The notes beneath the pieces were generated by a model. That model was not told where the DNA came from. It did no database searches and saw only the letters and a list, made by a program, of their open reading frames with translations. A program made the translations under genes and the position numbers. From NCBI RefSeq assembly GCF_000354175.2, contig NC_022349.1:270001-302000 (forward strand): 32,000 nt of DNA, written 5' to 3'. Shown in pieces: positions 26,939-32,000 of the stretch; position 1 is the stretch's first letter; every line of letters starts with the position of its first letter. Source of the stretch: Vibrio alginolyticus NBRC 15630 = ATCC 17749 (GTDB lineage Bacteria; Pseudomonadota; Gammaproteobacteria; Enterobacterales; Vibrionaceae).

Positions 26939-26966
26939 AAAAGCACCTCAATGAGGTGCTTTTTTG
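26939..26966 (+). terminator. Rho-independent terminator of fadE
   Basis: AAAAGCACCTC-AAT-GAGGTGCTTTT followed by TTG. Confidence 0.9.
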
Positions 26967-27094
26967 TATTCTTGGGGAGTGGATGGTGGGATAGTGCTCC
27001 AACCACTTGCCTTTTAAGAGCATTTTTACAGAAATTAGATGCGAAATCCCAACGAAACTTTTATCCTAACAAGGTTTTTTAAAGGAAGTTGAAT

Positions 27095-28297
27095 ATGATC
27101 ATCAAACCTAGAATTCGTGGATTTATCTGTACTACAACGCACCCTGTTGGTTGTGAAGCTAACGTAAAAGAACAAATTGCGTACACCAAAGCGCAAGGTC
27201 CAATCAAAAACGCACCTAAGCGTGTTCTTGTTGTTGGTGCATCAAGTGGCTACGGTCTATCTTCTCGTATCGCTGCGGCATTTGGTGGCGGTGCATCAAC
27301 TATCGGTGTTTTCTTCGAAAAAGAAGGTACTGAGAAGAAGCCAGGTACAGCAGGTTTTTACAATGCCGCTGCTTTTGAAAAGCTAGCGCGTGAAGAAGGT
27401 CTGTACGCAAAAAGCTTAAACGGCGACGCTTTCTCAAATGAAGCGAAACAGAAAACTATCGAGCTGATCAAAGAAGACTTAGGTCAAATCGATATGGTGG
27501 TTTACTCACTGGCATCTCCAGTACGTAAAATGCCAGAAACTGGTGAATTAGTTCGTTCATCTCTTAAACCTATCGGTGAAACTTACACATCAACGGCTGT
27601 TGATACCAACAAAGATGTGATCATCGAAGCTAGCGTTGAGCCTGCAACAGAAGAAGAAATCAAAGACACTGTCACGGTAATGGGCGGTGAAGATTGGGAA
27701 CTTTGGATCAATGCGTTGTCTGATGCTGGTGTTCTTGCTGAAGGTTGTAAGACCGTCGCGTACAGCTACATTGGTACTGAGCTAACTTGGCCAATTTATT
27801 GGGATGGTGCACTAGGTAAAGCAAAAATGGACCTAGACCGTGCAGCGAAAGCGCTAAACGACAAGTTAGCAGCAACAGGCGGCAGTGCCAATGTTGCGGT
27901 ACTTAAATCTGTTGTAACTCAGGCGAGTTCTGCAATTCCTGTTATGCCACTGTACATCGCAATGGTATTCAAGAAAATGCGCGAAGAAGGTGTACACGAA
28001 GGCTGTATGGAACAAATCTACCGTATGTTCAGCCAACGTCTATACAAAGAAGACGGTAGCGCGGCAGAAGTTGATGAGATGAACCGCCTACGTCTGGATG
28101 ACTGGGAACTTCGTGACGACATTCAGCAGCACTGTCGTGAGCTATGGCCTCAAATTACGACTGAGAACCTAAAAGAGCTGACTGACTACGTTGAGTACAA
28201 AGAAGAGTTCTTGAAACTATTTGGTTTCGGCGTTGAAGGCGTAGATTACGAAGCGGATGTGAATCCAGCAGTTGAAGCAGACTTCATTCAAATCTAA
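27095..28297 (+). CDS. fabV: Enoyl-[acyl-carrier-protein] reductase (NADH) FabV
   Basis: The track starts at a TTG (27089). The ATG at 27095 is preceded by AAGGAAG and gives [30 protein letters not shown]..., essentially the Vibrio FabV N-terminus. The protein is 400 aa. Confidence 0.95.
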   Translation: MIIKPRIRGFICTTTHPVGCEANVKEQIAYTKAQGPIKNAPKRVLVVGASSGYGLSSRIAAAFGGGASTIGVFFEKEGTEKKPGTAGFYNAAAFEKLAREEGLYAKSLNGDAFSNEAKQKTIELIKEDLGQIDMVVYSLASPVRKMPETGELVRSSLKPIGETYTSTAVDTNKDVIIEASVEPATEEEIKDTVTVMGGEDWELWINALSDAGVLAEGCKTVAYSYIGTELTWPIYWDGALGKAKMDLDRAAKALNDKLAATGGSANVAVLKSVVTQASSAIPVMPLYIAMVFKKMREEGVHEGCMEQIYRMFSQRLYKEDGSAAEVDEMNRLRLDDWELRDDIQQHCRELWPQITTENLKELTDYVEYKEEFLKLFGFGVEGVDYEADVNPAVEADFIQI

Positions 28298-28326
28298 TCG
28301 AATCACAGACTAGATAACCAATAAAC

Positions 28327-28352
28327 AAAAGGCGCTCATTGAGCGCCTTTTT
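28327..28352. terminator. Bidirectional terminator between convergent fabV and ybjL
   Basis: AAAAGGCGCTC-ATT-GAGCGCCTTTTT. Confidence 0.9.
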
Positions 28353-28375
28353 GTATTTCATAGTCAAAGTGAGTA

Positions 28376-30058
28376 TTAACTTAGTATTATCAGAATCGTA
28401 CCAGCTAGCGTCATTAAAATATTCGCAATCGCATAGGTACCCGCATAACCAAGGGCTGGGATGGTGGACTTAGCGTAGTCGTTAACGACATCCATAGCCG
28501 GAGCGCAAGTACGGGCGCCAATAATGGCACCGAAGAGCAGGGCACGGTTCATCTTGAGTACGTGTGCGCCAACTAAGTAAGCCAGAACTACAGGCACAAC
28601 ACTGACAATAAATGCCAAACCAATGACTTTTGGTCCTACTTGCGTTAGGTGCTCGAACATCTTTCCACCTGCACTTAGACCAATTCCGACCATAAAGAAC
28701 ATTAACCCTAGATCTTTGACCATATTCAGCGCCCCTTGTGGGACATAACCGAAAGTAGGGTGATTTGCTCGTAAGAAACCAAGCGTAATACCGGACAACA
28801 GAAGACCCACCGCATTACCCAAACTGAAAGACACCTGACCGAACGTCATTGTGATGAGGCCAAACAGAATACCCAAAATAAAGAAGCTACAAAAAGCGAG
28901 CAAATCGGCCATTTGACTGTGGATCGAGATGAAACCGATTTTTTCCGCCAGTCCATGTACTCGGCTTTTCTCGCCGCTCACTTGAAGGACGTCCCCTTTA
29001 GCGAGCACAATGTCTAAGTCCATAGGCATTTCAATCTGAGCGCGAACTACGCGGTTTAAGAAACAGCCAAACTCAGACAAATTCAAATCCGATAAACGCT
29101 TACCAGCGATTGCGTCACTTTTTACGACGATTTCTTCTTCAACGATGCGTAAATCAAGCAAGTTACGGTCGAATACTTCTTTACCATTACGGAAGCTAGG
29201 GTCTAAGCGAGCATGGCTGTCAGGGAAGCCAACCAGTGCAATTTCATCTCCCTCTTGCAAGATAGCATCACCATCTGGGTGGGCGAGAATACCATTGCGA
29301 CGGATTCGTTCAATGTAACAGCCAGTTTGACGATAAATACCCAGTTCTCGCAAGTTTTTACCATCAGTCCAGTCAATTAGCTCTGGGCCCACTCGGTAAG
29401 CTCGAATAATGGGTAAATACACTTTTCTCTGGCTTGAATTTCCAAGGCCACGCTCTTGTGCGATTTGCTGCGCGGAATCAGAAAGGTTTTGTTTTTGCAG
29501 TTTTGGCAACAATTTAGCAAACATGATCATGCTAATTAAGCCGACCAGATAAGCCATCGCGTAGCCTACGGATAGATTTTCTAATACCAGAGAAAATTCC
29601 ATATTCCGCGGTATAGTCGCAAGGCCAGAGTTAAGAGCATCTTGTGCACCAACCAGTACTGGCGTTGCGGTCAATGCGCCTGCCATCATACCGGCGGATA
29701 AGCCAAAATCGAGGCCGAAATAGTGACTCAAACCATACGTTAAGCTGACCGCAGACACGAGAACAGTCATGCTTAAAATAAAATAATGCTTACCATCTCT
29801 GAAGAATATACCAAAAAAGTTTGGTCCAGCTTCAATGCCAACGCAGTAGATAAACAGCATAAAGCCAATGGTTAAAGCTTCTGCATTAAATGAGAAACCA
29901 AGGTGGCCCATTACCAAAGAGGTAATAAGAACGCCAATAGAGTTGCCTAATTGTAATTTGCCAAATCGAATTTTTCCGATGGCAAGGCCAATGGCTAATA
30001 CGACGAAGATTAGAAGGATAGGGTTTTGCTCGAGAAGGTATACGACGTCTATGTTCAC
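28376..30058 (-). CDS. ybjL: AAE-family (aspartate:alanine exchanger-like) putative transporter YbjL
   Basis: Colinear with E. coli YbjL from memory ([50 protein letters not shown]). Two RCK_C/TrkA-C domains sit between two transmembrane halves. I prefer the GTG start at 30058 (VNIDVVYLL, compare E. coli MNINVAELL), which gives 560 aa. The track uses the TTG at 30085. Confidence 0.9.
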   Translation of the reverse strand: MNIDVVYLLEQNPILLIFVVLAIGLAIGKIRFGKLQLGNSIGVLITSLVMGHLGFSFNAEALTIGFMLFIYCVGIEAGPNFFGIFFRDGKHYFILSMTVLVSAVSLTYGLSHYFGLDFGLSAGMMAGALTATPVLVGAQDALNSGLATIPRNMEFSLVLENLSVGYAMAYLVGLISMIMFAKLLPKLQKQNLSDSAQQIAQERGLGNSSQRKVYLPIIRAYRVGPELIDWTDGKNLRELGIYRQTGCYIERIRRNGILAHPDGDAILQEGDEIALVGFPDSHARLDPSFRNGKEVFDRNLLDLRIVEEEIVVKSDAIAGKRLSDLNLSEFGCFLNRVVRAQIEMPMDLDIVLAKGDVLQVSGEKSRVHGLAEKIGFISIHSQMADLLAFCSFFILGILFGLITMTFGQVSFSLGNAVGLLLSGITLGFLRANHPTFGYVPQGALNMVKDLGLMFFMVGIGLSAGGKMFEHLTQVGPKVIGLAFIVSVVPVVLAYLVGAHVLKMNRALLFGAIIGARTCAPAMDVVNDYAKSTIPALGYAGTYAIANILMTLAGTILIILS

Positions 30059-30192
30059 TGTGTGGCTCGGTAGAGTGTGTGCCAAAAAAGATTAAGAACT
30101 GTGAATTGTAACTAAATATAGCAAAAAGATAAGTGAATTTTTTTAGGTTTTACCATTAGTTGACTTAACGTAATAACCAGCTGAAAAATAAT

Positions 30193-30219
30193 AAAAAAGC
30201 CGCATGAAGCGGCTTTTTT
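30193..30219 (-). terminator. Rho-independent terminator of grxA
   Basis: The minus strand reads AAAAAAGCCGC-TTCAT-GCGGCTTTTTT followed by ATTATTTTT. It lies 15 nt after the grxA stop. Confidence 0.9.
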
Positions 30220-30233
30220 GAAAACAGTCTTTA

Positions 30234-30500
30234 TTACTCGTCAAATAGACCTAGGTGCTCTTTCGCGTATGCTTCGAACTCGTCGCAGCCACCGATGTGC
30301 TCTTGGTCGATAAAGATCTGAGGAACGGTTTCAACTGGTTTACCAACTGTTTTCTCAAGATCTGCTTTAGAAATACCTTCAGCGTGAATATCAACGTAAC
30401 GGTAGTTGAAGTCATCACGTTTTGCTTTTAGCGTTTCTGCGTGCTCTTTTGCACGAACACAGAAAGGACATGCAGGGCGACCAAAGATAACAACGAACAT
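30234..30500 (-). CDS. grxA: Glutaredoxin 1
   Basis: The track ORF is over-extended. The ATG at 30500 is preceded by AGGAG and gives an 88 aa protein, MFVVIFGRPACPFCVRAKEH...KPVETVPQIFIDQEHIGG. It carries the CPFC active site and is close to E. coli GrxA. It is adjacent to ybjL, as in E. coli. Confidence 0.9.
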   Translation of the reverse strand: MFVVIFGRPACPFCVRAKEHAETLKAKRDDFNYRYVDIHAEGISKADLEKTVGKPVETVPQIFIDQEHIGGCDEFEAYAKEHLGLFDE

Positions 30501-30631
30501 AATCTTATTTCTCCTAAATCTATTCTTTTTTGAAAGCGTACAAAACATAGCGGCTGAGTGCGCTTTCTTTTGTTGGAGTAACTATGCCCGATCCAGATAC
30601 GGAAATAAAGCGGCAATTACCTCTTGGTTCT

Positions 30632-30646
30632 ATAGGTGAAATCTAT
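30632..30646. promoter_or_regulatory. LysR-type (OxyR-like) half-site candidate upstream of grxA
   Basis: ATAGgTgaaAtCTAT matches one ATAGnTnnnAnCTAT unit of the OxyR consensus exactly. The second unit expected 7 nt away is poor on both sides. Confidence 0.25.
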
Positions 30647-30877
30647 CGAATAAAAACTAAACGCACGTGCTTATTTTACGACTCTGAAGTATGTGAAGTG
30701 ACGCATAAAAAACATACATTCTAAAGGGTTAATGATGGCAAGGTGGAATTGGTCAATTTTTTTTGTTTAAAAAAATAGCAATCTATTTTGGCTATACGCA
30801 AATAACTTCAACTCTTACATAAGTGTTAAATCAGAGGGCGAGAGGTTATTTGGGTATATTCTTTTGGGAGGGTGTGT

Positions 30878-32000
30878 ATGTTTCAGTTTATGACTGCAAC
30901 AAGGATTATATTTGGTGAAGGTGCACTTCAATCTTCATTATCCGTTATTAACCAATTTGGCTACAGTGTTTTGCTGGTTACTGGGCAGGATACCCAACGA
31001 GCCGCCCCCATTATCCAATATCTTAAAGCTCAAAATATGCGTTACCAGCACGTAGCTATCGTTGGTGAACCATACATCACGATGGTAGAAGAGACCGCAG
31101 TGCTCGGTAGAAAATTCCAACCTGATATGGTGGTTGCGATAGGTGGTGGCAGCGTCATCGATATGGGCAAAGCCTTAGCTGCCATTATTCCCAATCAAGG
31201 CAATGTTTACGATTACGTAGAAGTGGTAGGAAGAAGCGTCCCTTTAAAAGCAAAGCCTCTTCATTTTATTGCAATTCCTACGACAGCAAGCACCGGTTCA
31301 GAAGTGACCAGAAATGCTGTGCTGAAATCTGGACAAGATAAAGTGAAAGTGAGTCTTCGAAGCCCTGATATGCTCGCAGACGTTGCCATTGTAGACCCGA
31401 CACTTACTTACGGGACCGACCAATACACATCTGGACGTGGCGCAATGGATGCGTTCACTCATTTAATGGAAGCGTATGTGTGTGGTGAGCCAAACCCTCT
31501 TACTGATATGGTCTGCGAAGAGGGGCTACGCCGTTTAAGCCGTTCAGTGATTGCCGCTTGTAAGCAAGATAATCATAAGGCGCGCTCTGATTTATCGTTC
31601 GCTGCATTGCTTGGTGGTATGGCGATTACTAATGCCAAATTAGGTGCCGCTCATGGGTTAGCATCGGCGTTAGGAGGCAAGTTAGACGCCCCCCATAGCG
31701 TTATTACGGCTCGCCTAGCTCCGCACGTGATGCAGGAGAACATTAACGCCGCTAAACTCGCGGGTAGGAATGATGTGATAAGTCGTTATCGCAAGCTGGC
31801 CCAATTAGTCACTGAGCGAGTAAATGCTAACGAACACGATGGAATTCTTTGGGTAAATATGGTGCTAGATAAGTTAGCGTTACCGCTACTGGCTCAATTT
31901 GGAGTATGCCAAACCTCTTTTGAGCAAGTGGCGAATGATGCGCTTAAATCAATGGCAATCAAAGGGAATCCTTTACCTCTTAATCAGGAACGTTTGATAC
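30878..32000 (+). CDS. Iron-containing (group III) alcohol dehydrogenase (3' end runs off the window)
   Basis: Absent from the track because there is no stop in the window. The ATG at 30878 is preceded by GGGAGG. My own translation is MFQFMTATRIIFGEGALQ...VVAIGGGSVIDMGKA...AIPTTASTGSEVT...GAMDAFTHLMEAY...AAHGLASALGG, which carries the Fe-ADH NAD-binding and metal-binding motifs. Confidence 0.85.
   Translation, partial: MFQFMTATRIIFGEGALQSSLSVINQFGYSVLLVTGQDTQRAAPIIQYLKAQNMRYQHVAIVGEPYITMVEETAVLGRKFQPDMVVAIGGGSVIDMGKALAAIIPNQGNVYDYVEVVGRSVPLKAKPLHFIAIPTTASTGSEVTRNAVLKSGQDKVKVSLRSPDMLADVAIVDPTLTYGTDQYTSGRGAMDAFTHLMEAYVCGEPNPLTDMVCEEGLRRLSRSVIAACKQDNHKARSDLSFAALLGGMAITNAKLGAAHGLASALGGKLDAPHSVITARLAPHVMQENINAAKLAGRNDVISRYRKLAQLVTERVNANEHDGILWVNMVLDKLALPLLAQFGVCQTSFEQVANDALKSMAIKGNPLPLNQERLI

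Noticed and set aside
1-32000. CRISPR arrays, integron attC/VCR repeats, IS elements, prophage or defence-island signatures.
   Set aside because: There are no tandem direct repeats with spacers, no integrase, transposase or nuclease genes, and no tRNA insertion site. Gene content and E. coli-like synteny indicate core chromosome.

Overview
This window reads as an ordinary core-chromosome segment of a Vibrio-type gammaproteobacterium. That assignment is an inference from proteins I recognise: the NutA lipoprotein 5'-nucleotidase, FabV, NhaA, FadE, YbjL and GrxA. I call about 27 protein genes, tightly packed and mostly followed by clear rho-independent terminators. I found no rRNA, tRNA, CRISPR array, transposase, integrase or phage genes.

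Gene order:
- YnjB-like binding protein (partial), HslJ/META lipoprotein, DUF1289, a small unknown protein, nutA.
- A 750 bp AT-rich gap, then a GNAT acetyltransferase and rplY.
- A PepSY / response-regulator / histidine-kinase operon.
- radD (reading frame broken near its 3' end), rsuA, a doubtful small ORF, and a bcr-type MFS pump coupled to an unknown 220 aa protein.
- An SDR+DUF2867 oxidoreductase and a MATE pump.
- A YbbA/YbbP-like MacB-type ABC pair coupled to an AttH/CrtC-like lipocalin protein, then nhaA.
- A 670 bp regulatory gap, then TetR, fadE, fabV, ybjL, grxA and an iron-type alcohol dehydrogenase (partial).

The bcr-rsuA-radD-rplY and ybjL-grxA neighbourhoods match E. coli synteny.

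I do not see a convincing novel multi-gene system such as a defence island. The items most worth a second look:
- The radD frameshift.
- The poorly characterised ABC plus AttH-like operon.
- The FadR-box / PsrA-type-palindrome region in front of tetR-fadE.
- An orphan minus-strand terminator in the nhaA-tetR gap.
- Several unexplained inverted repeats.
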